This document shows positions 1-10,675 of a DNA stretch of 64,000 bases, piece after piece. Location of the stretch: positions 64,008 to 128,007 of the forward strand of contig JBNKBE010000008.1 in NCBI GenBank assembly GCA_050287085.1. The letters are read 5' to 3'. The position numbers and the translations under genes are program-made. The DNA is from Polyangiaceae bacterium. Its GTDB lineage: Bacteria > Myxococcota_A > Polyangia > Polyangiales > Polyangiaceae. Position 1 is the stretch's first letter. Each line of letters begins with the position of its first letter. A model generated the notes under the pieces. It did not search any database, was not told the DNA's origin, and saw only the letters and a program-made list of their open reading frames with translations.

Positions 1-336
1 GTCCCCCGGCAGAGCCGCGGGCAGGGTATTGGCAGCCACCAAGCCGGTGGCCGCGGCGTCGATGTTGTAGGTGGTCGCGGCCCCCGTCGGATCGGTGATG
101 GTGACGGTGAGCGCGGCCCCCCCTGGACCCCGCGCCGCTACATTCAGGAAGGCGTCGCCCGCCAGCACGTCGACAAATAGCTCCGTCTCGGCCTTCAGCC
201 CCGCGTTGAAGTTGGGTTCAATTTGGCCGAGTTGTCCCGAGCCTTCCGCTTGAACCGCGCCGGGGATACCGAGCGCAAGCGCTCCGACGACCGCTGGCAG
301 GCAGCGTTGGGTGATATTGAACGGACGCTTACGCAT
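1..336 (-). CDS. Secreted protein, N-terminal part (runs off the left edge; not in the ORF track)
   Basis: Read manually: ATG at 336 preceded by GGAGG; frame open to base 1: MRKRPFNITQRCLPAVVGALALGIPGAVQA|EGSGQLGQ... Basic N-region, hydrophobic core and plausible signal peptidase I site. Confidence 0.75.
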   Translation of the reverse strand, partial: MRKRPFNITQRCLPAVVGALALGIPGAVQAEGSGQLGQIEPNFNAGLKAETELFVDVLAGDAFLNVAARGPGGAALTVTITDPTGAATTYNIDAAATGLVAANTLPAALPGD

Positions 337-490
337 GCTTGACCTCCTGGCCAGGTGAATACCTGGACTCTTGGGCAGGAGGTTAGACGGCCCCCATGTC
401 GGGGCACAACCCCGGTACTGAGGAAAGTGGGCAGCCCTCAAGCCCGCATTCTGCGGCCCGTGGGCTGGTGTTTCACTTTTGAGCCGGCTC

Positions 491-2029
491 CTAGGGCAGC
501 GTTGCCACGAAGTCCTCGCTCTGGCTCTGCAGCAGCGCTTGTTCGTCGAAGCGGCGCATCAAGGCGTCGCCCAACGCCATGCCCATCCGCACATAGCCGC
601 GAGGCGTGAGATGAGTGTGGTCGGGGGCGCCCATGGCCGGTAGTGCACGCACCCAGCGGTCCATGGAGCCCTCGCCGCCCATGAACGCGTAGGCGTCCCA
701 GAAGCCACAACCGAGCTTGTAGGCCATGGCTCGTTGCACTTCGATGATCTGGAGCAGGCGAGGCCGAGGGCGCCAGTTTGAGCCCTTGCGCCGGGGAAAG
801 TCCCCTGGGCCGATCAGGAGGCAGCTGGCGCCCTGGGTGATGGCCTGAAGCCGAACCAACACGTCTTTCAGCTGCGTCTCGTAGGTGGTGATGGTTTGGC
901 CCAGGTCCGTGCTTTCGTTCGTGCCGTAGGCCAGCATTACGAGTTTTGGGTTGCGGCGTTCGAGCTGTTCCCGCAGCAAGTCAAGGTCCCAAGTCAGTTG
1001 GTTGCTCGCGCGCGTGCCGCTGATCCCCAGCGTGTCGACGACAACACCTCGGCCCGGGCGCTCGACGGCCACACCGAAAAGACGCACTGGACCATCTCCC
1101 AAAGGACGGGCCTCAAGGGTGTGCCATCCGAGCTCGGTGTTGAAGCTGTAGAAACCCGAGCGGGGGCGTTCCGCAGCGGTTGCGATGCGCGCGACCGGAC
1201 CCCCATTGAGCCGTAGCTCAAAGGTACCGGCGTCCGGCTCGATGCCATAGAAGAGGTCGTAGTGTTGCGCGAGGCGGTCCGGGTCCTGCCAGTGCAGGGG
1301 TTTGATCCTTGCGAAGGACGAAGGGAAGCGACCGACGGCTGCGGCCCCCGCGAGTCCAAAGCGGCCGTGTAGCGGAGGCGTCTTCGTGCGCTGGGCGTGC
1401 TGGATCTGGAAGCCCTCGCTTTCAACGCGGGTGTCCAGCAGACGGTACCACTGATTGATTTGCGCCATCTGCACGAACCCCTGACCCCCGTTACCAAAGC
1501 GCTGCTGAAGGTAGTAGCGCAGATAACCCGTGTAGAAGTCACCCTGGGTGTGCGAAGCACCAAAGGCCGCAATGCGCAATTTCTCAGGCGCTCCGGGGGC
1601 CTGCCGCTGGTATCGCTGCAGCGCCTCGTGAAACGCCGAAAGGGCGCCCTCGTTTTCGATCGGCACAAAGCGCCCGAGCGCGTTGCCGTTTTCTCGCAGC
1701 GGCGCAGGCCCCTGGCTCACTACCTCACCGCGGGCATCTTCAATCAGCTCGTCACCGAGGATTCGCTGCTGGGCGTGGGCTCGTTCGCGGAGCAACGTGG
1801 GCGTGAGCACCGGCCCTGGCGGTTCGGTTGCCTGGGGGGCCACCGCCGGGGGGCGCTCTCTCACCGGCGGCGGCGGCGCCGGGGCCCGGTCACGGGGAGC
1901 GGCCGCCACGGCCGGGACGGGTGTTGCCCGCGCCGGGGCTCGGAGCCCTTGGCCCCCTCCGGGTTCGCCGCAAGCGGTGAGCGCACAAAGGGCGGCGACA
2001 CTCATGCGCTGACCGGACCGCGTCACCAT
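491..2029 (-). CDS. SGNH/GDSL hydrolase family lipoprotein (peptidoglycan O-acetyl esterase/transferase-like)
   Basis: Blocks FGASH, LGISG, GTNES, DHTH (DxxH); N-terminal LTAC lipobox and Pro-rich linker. Confidence 0.75.
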   Translation of the reverse strand: MVTRSGQRMSVAALCALTACGEPGGGQGLRAPARATPVPAVAAAPRDRAPAPPPPVRERPPAVAPQATEPPGPVLTPTLLRERAHAQQRILGDELIEDARGEVVSQGPAPLRENGNALGRFVPIENEGALSAFHEALQRYQRQAPGAPEKLRIAAFGASHTQGDFYTGYLRYYLQQRFGNGGQGFVQMAQINQWYRLLDTRVESEGFQIQHAQRTKTPPLHGRFGLAGAAAVGRFPSSFARIKPLHWQDPDRLAQHYDLFYGIEPDAGTFELRLNGGPVARIATAAERPRSGFYSFNTELGWHTLEARPLGDGPVRLFGVAVERPGRGVVVDTLGISGTRASNQLTWDLDLLREQLERRNPKLVMLAYGTNESTDLGQTITTYETQLKDVLVRLQAITQGASCLLIGPGDFPRRKGSNWRPRPRLLQIIEVQRAMAYKLGCGFWDAYAFMGGEGSMDRWVRALPAMGAPDHTHLTPRGYVRMGMALGDALMRRFDEQALLQSQSEDFVATLP

Positions 2030-2033
2030 GGAC

Positions 2034-3431
2034 CTAGACTAATAGCCACGTAAGCAGCGTCAACACCAGGATCCCAATCAGATTGAGCGTGAACCCGTGG
2101 CGAGCCATGGTACGGACATCGAGCGCGCCGGATCCGAACACGATGGCGTTGGGGGCCGTCGCTACCGGCAGCATAAATGCGCAGCTTGCGCTGAGGGCGG
2201 CCGGGGCCATGAGCATCATCGGCTCAACGCCTGAGGCCTGTGCGGTCGTGGCCAAGACCGGCATCAATAGACTGGCCGTCGCCGTGTTACTGGTCAATTC
2301 CGTTAGGAACGTCACCAGTGTGCAGATCAGGGCTATCGTCAGCAGTGGCGGTAGCTGGGCTGCCCCGGCCAGTGATTGGGAGATGGCCGCTGACAGTCCC
2401 GAGGTCTCGAAACCGAGAGCCAGCGCGAGTCCACCCCCAAAGAGAAGCAACAGCCCCCAGGGTAGTTCGCGGGCTCGCTTCCAATCGAGCAAGGTGCCGC
2501 CCTCCCCGTCGGGGGCCACGAACATCACGACCACTGCAAGCAGCGCCACGACGCCGTCGCCGGCAAGAGGCAGCGCCCACCACGACTGCCAGCCTCCCAG
2601 GGGCGCGGTGCGCGTCACCCAGGCAAGCGCTGTCAGGCCGAAGACCACCAGCGTTCGCACTTCCGCTTGCCGCCAGGGGCCATAGTCCGGCAGCTGGACC
2701 ACTTCGCCGCTTCCCATGCGGCGCGTCAGCAGCCACCAAGCGGCGGGGAGCAGAAGGACGACGGCGGGCACTCCGAGACGCATCCAATCGACAAAACCGA
2801 GTTGGATGTGTGTGGCCTGCTCGTAGAAGGCGAGGAAGACGGCGTTGGGTGGGGAGCCGATGGGGGTCCCGAGGCCTCCAATGCTGGCCGCGTAGGCAAT
2901 CCCTAGGAGCAGCGGAGCGGTCAGGGAACGCGTCCGAGTCTGCGCGAGCACAGCGCTGGCAACGGGCAGCAACATCAGCGTCGTAGCGCTATTGGAGATC
3001 CAGAAGCTGAGGGACGCGGAGGCGAGCATAAAACCTAGGACGAGGCGCCGGTCGGCGCGGCCCCCCAACGCGGTCACGAGCCGAAGGGCGAGTCGGCGAT
3101 GCACGCCGCAGGTCTCCAGAGCACTCGCTAACAAGAAGCCGCCGAGCAGCAGTTGAATCAGCGGGTGTCCGTAGGCGCTGGCGAGCTGCTTCGAGCTAGC
3201 GACGCCGAGCAGCGGTAGCGTGGCGAAGGGGATCAACGCGGTTGCCGGGATCGGCAGAGCTTCGGTCAGCCACCAGGTTGCACAAAGGCAAGCGACCGCC
3301 GCCGTCGAGCACGCAGCCGAGGGCAACCCAGCCCCTCTGGCAGCGGCGTAGCCCGCAAGGGCAACCACGGGGCCGGCCAGAAGCGCTATTCTTCGGCTAC
3401 CGGGGCCAGGGGTTGTTTCATTCTCCGCCAC
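2034..3431 (-). CDS. SLC13/DASS family Na+:dicarboxylate/sulfate symporter
   Basis: Polytopic; WISNSAT, GGLGTPIGSPPN, ELTSNTAT, AFMLPVATAPNA motifs. Confidence 0.9.
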   Translation of the reverse strand: MAENETTPGPGSRRIALLAGPVVALAGYAAARGAGLPSAACSTAAVACLCATWWLTEALPIPATALIPFATLPLLGVASSKQLASAYGHPLIQLLLGGFLLASALETCGVHRRLALRLVTALGGRADRRLVLGFMLASASLSFWISNSATTLMLLPVASAVLAQTRTRSLTAPLLLGIAYAASIGGLGTPIGSPPNAVFLAFYEQATHIQLGFVDWMRLGVPAVVLLLPAAWWLLTRRMGSGEVVQLPDYGPWRQAEVRTLVVFGLTALAWVTRTAPLGGWQSWWALPLAGDGVVALLAVVVMFVAPDGEGGTLLDWKRARELPWGLLLLFGGGLALALGFETSGLSAAISQSLAGAAQLPPLLTIALICTLVTFLTELTSNTATASLLMPVLATTAQASGVEPMMLMAPAALSASCAFMLPVATAPNAIVFGSGALDVRTMARHGFTLNLIGILVLTLLTWLLV

Positions 3432-3481
3432 GACACCTCCGCCCTGTTTGTCGACGCATCGGAAACAGCTATCATGCAGCC

Positions 3482-3781
3482 GTGCCGAAAGTCATGGTGG
3501 TAGATAGCCCCGTTGGGCCCGATAAAGAAGTAGATTGCCCTGATGGGGGTCCGTTGGTGGATCATGCCGATGAGGCGCGATTGCCGATTCCGTTTTCTTG
3601 TCGTTCCGCGAGTTGCGCGACGTGCCACGTGGAAGTCATCGAAGGGGCGGAGTATCTCGAGCCTGCCGAAGAAGACGAGCGGGACCTACTGGACGTCATC
3701 GACGCCGGGGAAAACGCGCGACTCGCGTGCCAGATGTGTCTCAAGGCTGGCGCTGGGCTAGTAAAAGTCCGCCCCGTCTGA
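3482..3781 (+). CDS. 2Fe-2S ferredoxin
   Basis: CRSASCATC...RLACQ; GTG at 3482 chosen as start because the upstream part of the ORF overlaps the transporter gene. Confidence 0.85.
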   Translation: MPKVMVVDSPVGPDKEVDCPDGGPLVDHADEARLPIPFSCRSASCATCHVEVIEGAEYLEPAEEDERDLLDVIDAGENARLACQMCLKAGAGLVKVRPV

Positions 3782-3816
3782 GCAAGACGGGGGTCATTGG
3801 CGCCCAGCGACTGGGC

Positions 3817-4740
3817 TCACGTGGCGACGCGCAGGGCACCTGGGGCAAGGGTGGCCGTGATGGGAAGCGTCCCTGGCGTTTCACCGTCCGCTTCCAGGGT
3901 GGTGCGGGCCGGGTCCAAAGCTTCAACGGCGACGGTCCGGCCTTGGCCCACCACCACCTTTGACAGGTTGACGTGGCTTCCCCGACGTAGATGCGCGGTG
4001 AGGCCGTAGGCTTCGACGCGACCGAAGTCGCCGAGCACGACGCAGTGGAGTCGACCGTCGTCGGGGGCAGCATCGGGTGCGATCGCCATGCCCCCTCCAA
4101 AGTAGCGTCCGTTGGCCGCGATCACGGACAGGGCAGGTCCTTCGTAGAGCACCTCGTCGTCCACACGGACGCGGACCTTGCGATTGCGGTAACTCAAGCC
4201 CGCAATGAGACTTGCCCCCATATAGATCGTCTTGCCACCCAGCCACTTCGGTCCGCGGTTGGCGAGCTCTGTCACGCAGCCCGAGATGCCGGCGCTGGTG
4301 GTATTCAAGAAGACGCGCTGTTGCTGGGTGCCTGCAGCGTCAAGGTAGCGCACGAGGCCCAGGTCGACTCGGCGTTCACTGTTGCCCGTCATGCGCTCGA
4401 TCGCTAGCGTCAGCGAGTCATCAAAGCCCAGGGTACGGCCTAGGTCGCTTCCGGTGCCGGCGGGGATCAGGCTGAGCTTCGGACCGTCGACCGGGCTCCC
4501 CTGTTCGCCTAGCCAGGCCTGTGCGACTTCGCTGAACGTCCCGTCGCCACCCATGACCGCCAGGTGTCCAACGCCCTCCCGAATTGCCTGCTGGGCCAGT
4601 GCGGTCGCGTGTCGGGGCTGCTCGGTGGGCCTCAGTTGGTAGCGAATGCCGCGCGTCTTGAGCTCGGTCTCCAGCTGTGCCATTTTGCGCGCGGCGCTAC
4701 CGGCCCCAGCGCTGGGATTGACAATGATGCGTATGTTCAT
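3817..4740 (-). CDS. Diacylglycerol/lipid kinase family protein (YegS/BmrU-like)
   Basis: IIVNPSAG, GGDGT, IPAGTGSD, NGRYFGGG, DGE motifs; start at MNIRII. Confidence 0.9.
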   Translation of the reverse strand: MNIRIIVNPSAGAGSAARKMAQLETELKTRGIRYQLRPTEQPRHATALAQQAIREGVGHLAVMGGDGTFSEVAQAWLGEQGSPVDGPKLSLIPAGTGSDLGRTLGFDDSLTLAIERMTGNSERRVDLGLVRYLDAAGTQQQRVFLNTTSAGISGCVTELANRGPKWLGGKTIYMGASLIAGLSYRNRKVRVRVDDEVLYEGPALSVIAANGRYFGGGMAIAPDAAPDDGRLHCVVLGDFGRVEAYGLTAHLRRGSHVNLSKVVVGQGRTVAVEALDPARTTLEADGETPGTLPITATLAPGALRVAT

Positions 4741-4869
4741 GAATTTATGCGCCCAAGAACATTGACGGCCCCCACGCGCAGAAGGGATTGTGGTCCGCTG
4801 GCGTCCTGAGCAAAATGGGTATGGCGCCCTGGCCACCGAAGGGTCAAACGGAATTTCCAAGAGAAAGCG

Positions 4870-5754
4870 ATGTCTGAAGACGAGCGTAAGCTGTTCGTAG
4901 CGGGTCTGGGCGAAGAGATCACGGAGGTGGAACTGCGGGAGGCCATCGTTTCGACCGGCGCGGAAATCGCGGAGCTTTCGGTGCCGCGAGACCGCGCTAC
5001 GGGTGTTCCACGAGGGTTTGCCTTCGTCACTCTGCGCACTGCTGAGCAGGCCGAAGCCACCCTGCGTGCCCTCGACGGTCAAGTGATGGGAGGCAAGCCC
5101 GTCAGCGTGCGCCCATTTCGGTCGGAGCGTTCGGCGTCTGCCGGGCCACGCAGTGAGCGCCCGCCCGGAGGTGGCGCGCCGCGCTTCACGGCGCGGCCTC
5201 CACAGCAGGAAGACTCGACGCTGTACGTGGGCAACTTGCCCTTCGATGCAGGGCCTGAGGAGATCACCCAATTGTTTGCGACGGCTGGCTTCGCAGGCGT
5301 CAAACGTGTTCACCTCCCGACGGATCCGGAGGGACGCAAACGAGGGTTTGGCTTCGTTACCCTGGTCGACGCAGAGACGGCGCTCAAGGCCAGCGAAGAG
5401 CTGCAGGGGCACATGTTTCAGGGGCGTGCGCTTTCGGTCAATATCGCGCGCCGGGGTGGAGGAGGTGGCGGTGCGCCGCCCGGCGGGGGTGGGGCGCCAC
5501 CTCCCCGTGGGCCTCGGCCGTCGCAGCCGCCCGACGAACGCCGTCACGCCGGCCCCGCCTTGTCCGTGCGGCCGCCTCCAGAACCTGGCGAGCAGAGTGA
5601 GGAGCGGCGCAGTGGCGCGCGGCGAGAAAAAAAGAAGGACAAGAAGCGCAAGGGGCGTGGTCTTGGGCCTGAGCGCAGCCACAGTCGGCGCAAGAACGAA
5701 GGGTTCAATTCACCCCGGCATCGAGGCAGCTTTGACGATTGGGACGAAGAATAG
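4870..5754 (+). CDS. RNA-binding protein with two RRM domains and a low-complexity tail
   Basis: RNP2/RNP1 pairs LFVAGL/RGFAFV and LYVGNL/RGFGFV. Confidence 0.9.
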   Translation: MSEDERKLFVAGLGEEITEVELREAIVSTGAEIAELSVPRDRATGVPRGFAFVTLRTAEQAEATLRALDGQVMGGKPVSVRPFRSERSASAGPRSERPPGGGAPRFTARPPQQEDSTLYVGNLPFDAGPEEITQLFATAGFAGVKRVHLPTDPEGRKRGFGFVTLVDAETALKASEELQGHMFQGRALSVNIARRGGGGGGAPPGGGGAPPPRGPRPSQPPDERRHAGPALSVRPPPEPGEQSEERRSGARREKKKDKKRKGRGLGPERSHSRRKNEGFNSPRHRGSFDDWDEE

Positions 5755-5959
5755 CCCGCGATCTCGACGCGCGCGGGCTCGCCTGTGGCCGTCGCGCCCG
5801 GGCCGGTTTTCCTGCGGCGAGTGGCAAATGCACCCGGGGCGGCGGTATTGCTGGCAGCGTCGCGATCGACGGGTGTGGATTGCGTCTGCTCTGGCAGACG
5901 TGCTAAGCCCGCACTCCGCTTCACAGGCCGGCGATCGGGCCTACGGCTCGGAACCATAA

Positions 5960-6997
<1,038 letters not shown>

Positions 6998-7334
6998 CGT
7001 GGCGGAAGATGAGTCGGTCAGTCCGCGAACGCGGCAACGTTTCTTTGGGGACGTGCCGCATCTCTTCAATGCCGTCTGCGCTCAGCGGGGCGTTACCCGG
7101 TAGCTGTTTTGCTTTCCGATATCGGGTGGGCTTCGAACCGCGACGGGAGACGCGGATGAACGAAATGTGTCGCGCGCCTTTGCCGTTTGCGGCGAGGTCG
7201 AGCGCAGCTAGCCTCCTTCAGGAGACAATCTTCCAATGCGAATGCCCTCGATCCTAGCGCAGCCCGTTGCCGCAAGCCGTTGCGCGCTAAACAGCCGGGT
7301 TCGAGTCGGTCCGCCCGGATGGGAGTGGTGAGCG

Positions 7335-8186
7335 ATGGGCTCCTTTCGACGCTATCGGGATGGTGTTCTCGTTGTATTGCTGTTGGCCATTCCGTTCTTC
7401 TTTCTGAAGGCGAGCATCCGCAACCCGGAAGAGCTGAGCGTGGTCGAGCAGGCACTCATGCGCGTGGCCGCCCCTTTTGAGTACGTCAGCGCGGCTCTGG
7501 CTCGCACCGTATCGGGCGTCATTGGCGACTACTTCTACATGGTGGACGTCAAGGCTGACAACAACAAGCTGGCCTACGAAAACGAGCGTCTGCGCGCCAA
7601 GGTATCGGCCCTATTGGCGGTGGACGCGGAGAACCAGCGGCTCAAGTCGCTGATCGGCTTACGGGATAGGCTCGCTCCGGAAGCGGTGAGCGCGGTCGTG
7701 GTTGCAAAGGATACAACCAACTATTTCCGCGTGACCCGACTGACCTTGGATGCGCCTGCGACGGGTCTCAAGGAACACATGCCTGTCATAGCCGTGGGAG
7801 GGGTCGTTGGCACGGTGCAGCGTGTTGCCGGAGAGAAGGTAGATGTCCGGCTTTCCGTGGATTCCGGCTTCGGGGTGGACGTGGTCGATGAACGCACCAA
7901 GGCGCGAGGCATCGTTCGGGGCTTGGGAGACGAAGGAAAGTATCTGACGCGCGTGCAGTACATGGAGCGTGCCGACAAGGTCGACGTGGGTGATATTTTG
8001 CTCACCAGCGGCCTCGGATGTCGTTTTCCCCCGGGGATCCCGGTGGCGGAAGTGACCGAGGTTATCCCTAAGGATTTCGGGTCGTACCAAGAGGTATTGG
8101 CGCGACCGACGGTGGACTTCTCCCGTTTGAGCGACGTTCTCATCTTGTTGGAAGAGCGAGATAACTGCGAATCCGGGAGGCCCTGA
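7335..8186 (+). CDS. mreC: Rod shape-determining protein MreC
   Basis: N-terminal TM, coiled coil ENQRLKSL, VGDILLTSGLG..FPPGIPV; synteny. Confidence 0.93.
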   Translation: MGSFRRYRDGVLVVLLLAIPFFFLKASIRNPEELSVVEQALMRVAAPFEYVSAALARTVSGVIGDYFYMVDVKADNNKLAYENERLRAKVSALLAVDAENQRLKSLIGLRDRLAPEAVSAVVVAKDTTNYFRVTRLTLDAPATGLKEHMPVIAVGGVVGTVQRVAGEKVDVRLSVDSGFGVDVVDERTKARGIVRGLGDEGKYLTRVQYMERADKVDVGDILLTSGLGCRFPPGIPVAEVTEVIPKDFGSYQEVLARPTVDFSRLSDVLILLEERDNCESGRP

Positions 8187-8222
8187 TGTCGGGGGCGGTC
8201 GGAGTGACGGGGGCGGTCGGCG
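8187..8222. repeat. 18-bp tandem duplication between mreC and mreD
   Basis: tgtcgggggcggtcggag / tgacgggggcggtcggcg. Confidence 0.8.
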
Positions 8223-8237
8223 AAGGAGCGAGCGGTC

Positions 8238-8759
8238 GTGCGTAACGCCGCGCTGCTCTTGATCGGAGTGCTATTGCTTCTGGTGCAGGGCAACTTGTAC
8301 CGCGTGCTCGGACCGATCGGAGCTTCCGGGGCTACGCCTAGCTTGGTGTTGCCGATCGTGCTCTATCTGGGCATCTCGGAACACTCGATGGCGAGGGGAG
8401 CGTTGCTTTCCTTTGGTCTGGGCTATCTGACCGACGTATTCGCGTCTGCGCCGATTGGACTTCTCGCGTTTACGTCGGTGGCCACGTGGTGGCTTAGTCG
8501 CGTCGCGGCCGTGCGTCTTAGCGCGCAGACGATCCCCGCGCAGATCGCCCTCACTTTTCTGTTTTCTTGGGTCGAAGCGGCGATCGTGCTGACCCTGCTG
8601 ACGATCTTTGGACGAGATCCGCAGCGTCCCGTGGAGATCGCGCGGGGTCTATTGCCTCATTGCGTGCTCACAGCTGCATGCTCGCCGCTGATCTTCCACT
8701 GGATGGGGCGCCTTCACCAACAGGGTGGTGTTGCGCGGAGTCCGGAGGTCAAGCCGTGA
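8238..8759 (+). CDS. mreD: Rod shape-determining protein MreD
   Basis: 173-aa hydrophobic protein with GYLTD motif, between mreC and mrdA. Confidence 0.85.
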   Translation: MRNAALLLIGVLLLLVQGNLYRVLGPIGASGATPSLVLPIVLYLGISEHSMARGALLSFGLGYLTDVFASAPIGLLAFTSVATWWLSRVAAVRLSAQTIPAQIALTFLFSWVEAAIVLTLLTIFGRDPQRPVEIARGLLPHCVLTAACSPLIFHWMGRLHQQGGVARSPEVKP

Positions 8760-10675
8760 GGCTCTTGGTTCAACGCAGCGACGTGGGGGATTTTCGACGC
8801 CGCTACCGTTGGATGGTCTTGGTCGTGCTGGCGACCTTTGCGGTACTAACGGGACGGGTTGCGCAGCTGCAGCTGGTCCAGGGTGAGAAGCACAAGGCAC
8901 AAGCGCGTCGCAACATCATTGGGCGTACGACGCTGGCCACGACCCGCGGGGTACTTCGCGACAAGGAGGGGCGTGTGCTGGCCGCCAATCGCCCCTCGTA
9001 CAACGTTTACATCGTCCCGGACCGTTTGGATCTGGAAACGACTTGGCTCGACCTCGCGAAGTACATGGGGCTGGAAAGCGAAGAAGAGGCACGCCTCAAG
9101 AAGCGCATCGAGGAGCAGGTGGGCCGCAAGCGCACTCAGCAGATGCTGCTGAAGGTGGATGTCAAGTGGGAGGTCTTTGCCGCACTTCAAACCCACAAGG
9201 ATGAGCTGCCAGGGGTGATCGCTGCGCCGATGCCTGTGCGGTATTATCCCTACGGCCAGTTGGCGGCGCACCTGCTCGGCTACATGCGTGAGGTAAGTCA
9301 GGAAGACCTGGTGAGGCTGCGGGGCAGCGGCTACCGCGCCGGGGATCGCCTCGGGGCGATTGGAGTCGAACGACGCTGGGAGAGCTACCTGCGCGGCCAG
9401 CGCGGTTGGCAAAAGCGCGTTATGGGTCGGCGTGCACGCAAGAACATCGAGGCTTTCGAGAATCAGTACCTCAAAGAGCCCCGCAAGCTGGAGCCGGTAC
9501 CAGGCAAAGATATCTCGCTGACGATCGATATCGAGCTGCAGCGTTCCATCGAGCGGGCCATGCGCGGTCAGTTGGCAGGTGCGGTGGTGGTGGTTGATGT
9601 CAGAACCGGGCGGCTGCTCGCGGCTCTATCGAAGCCGAGCTTCGATCCGAATATCGTTTCGGGCGCAGAAGGCACCAAGGCGATCAGTAGAGCGTTCGTG
9701 CGGATGTACAAGGACCCTCTGAAGCCGCTGCTCGACAAGACCATCTCCGCCGCCTACCCGCCGGGCTCTACGTACAAGCCGTTCACCGCTTTGGCTGGGT
9801 TGAACGAACGTTTGATTACGCCCTACTCTCAGGTCGAGTGTCGGGGCGGGTTCGAGTTTGGTCGTCGCTTCTTCCGCTGTACGGGGGCCCACGGTCGGGT
9901 AAATCTGCACGAGGCGATTGTGCGCTCCTGCAATACCTACTTCTATGCGCTCGGCGAGTTGATTCACATCGATCGCCTTTCGAAGATCGGGATGGACTTC
10001 GGATTTGGTGAGAAGACTGGCATCGGCGTAAACCCCGAGGCACGCGGGCGCATGCCTACACGTGCTTGGTATTCCAAACGGTACAAGGGTGAAGGCTTTC
10101 GTGGCGGCTTCACCCTGCTGTCGGCGATCGGCCAAGGGGCATCGACCGTCACCGTGATGCAGCTCGCGTTGGCGTATGCGGCCCTGGCCAATGGTGGGAC
10201 GCTCTACCAGCCCCAAGTGGTGCGTTCGATCGAAACCGAGACCGGCACACTGCTTCAGGAGTTTCCCCCTCGCGTTCGTCGCATCATCGACCTTCCTCCA
10301 GAGCGGCTGGGCATGATTCAGGATGCACTGCAGGGCGTGGTTGTCGACCGTCATGGGACCGCCCATAAAGAGGCCCTTGAGGGGGTCGACCTGGCCGGAA
10401 AGACCGGTACCGCAGAGGTAAGCCGGGTGACTCCGCGTGGTGTCGACCCGAAGACAGTGTGGTATTTCAATCGCGACCACGCTTGGTTCGCGGGCTACGC
10501 GCCGTCGGAGTCTCCGGAGATCGCCATCGTTGTGCTCGTCGAGCACGGCGGCGGTGGCGGCAAGAATGCCGTTCCTGTAGCGATGCGCGTGGTTCGCGAT
10601 TGGCAGGCGCAACGTGCACAGAAGCGCACCGAGCGCAAAGGGCGAGCACGGCAGGCGGCGGAGGAGCGTCTGTGA
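8756..10675 (+). CDS. mrdA: Penicillin-binding protein 2
   Basis: RGVLRD, RYYPYG, PGSTYK (SxxK), SCN, KTGT; GTGA overlap with the mreD stop. Confidence 0.96.
   Translation: MRLLVQRSDVGDFRRRYRWMVLVVLATFAVLTGRVAQLQLVQGEKHKAQARRNIIGRTTLATTRGVLRDKEGRVLAANRPSYNVYIVPDRLDLETTWLDLAKYMGLESEEEARLKKRIEEQVGRKRTQQMLLKVDVKWEVFAALQTHKDELPGVIAAPMPVRYYPYGQLAAHLLGYMREVSQEDLVRLRGSGYRAGDRLGAIGVERRWESYLRGQRGWQKRVMGRRARKNIEAFENQYLKEPRKLEPVPGKDISLTIDIELQRSIERAMRGQLAGAVVVVDVRTGRLLAALSKPSFDPNIVSGAEGTKAISRAFVRMYKDPLKPLLDKTISAAYPPGSTYKPFTALAGLNERLITPYSQVECRGGFEFGRRFFRCTGAHGRVNLHEAIVRSCNTYFYALGELIHIDRLSKIGMDFGFGEKTGIGVNPEARGRMPTRAWYSKRYKGEGFRGGFTLLSAIGQGASTVTVMQLALAYAALANGGTLYQPQVVRSIETETGTLLQEFPPRVRRIIDLPPERLGMIQDALQGVVVDRHGTAHKEALEGVDLAGKTGTAEVSRVTPRGVDPKTVWYFNRDHAWFAGYAPSESPEIAIVVLVEHGGGGGKNAVPVAMRVVRDWQAQRAQKRTERKGRARQAAEERL

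Noticed and set aside
4741..5682. 300-aa N-terminal extension of the lipid kinase ORF
   Set aside because: Antisense shadow of the RRM gene; the family N-terminus begins at MNIRIIVNP (4740).
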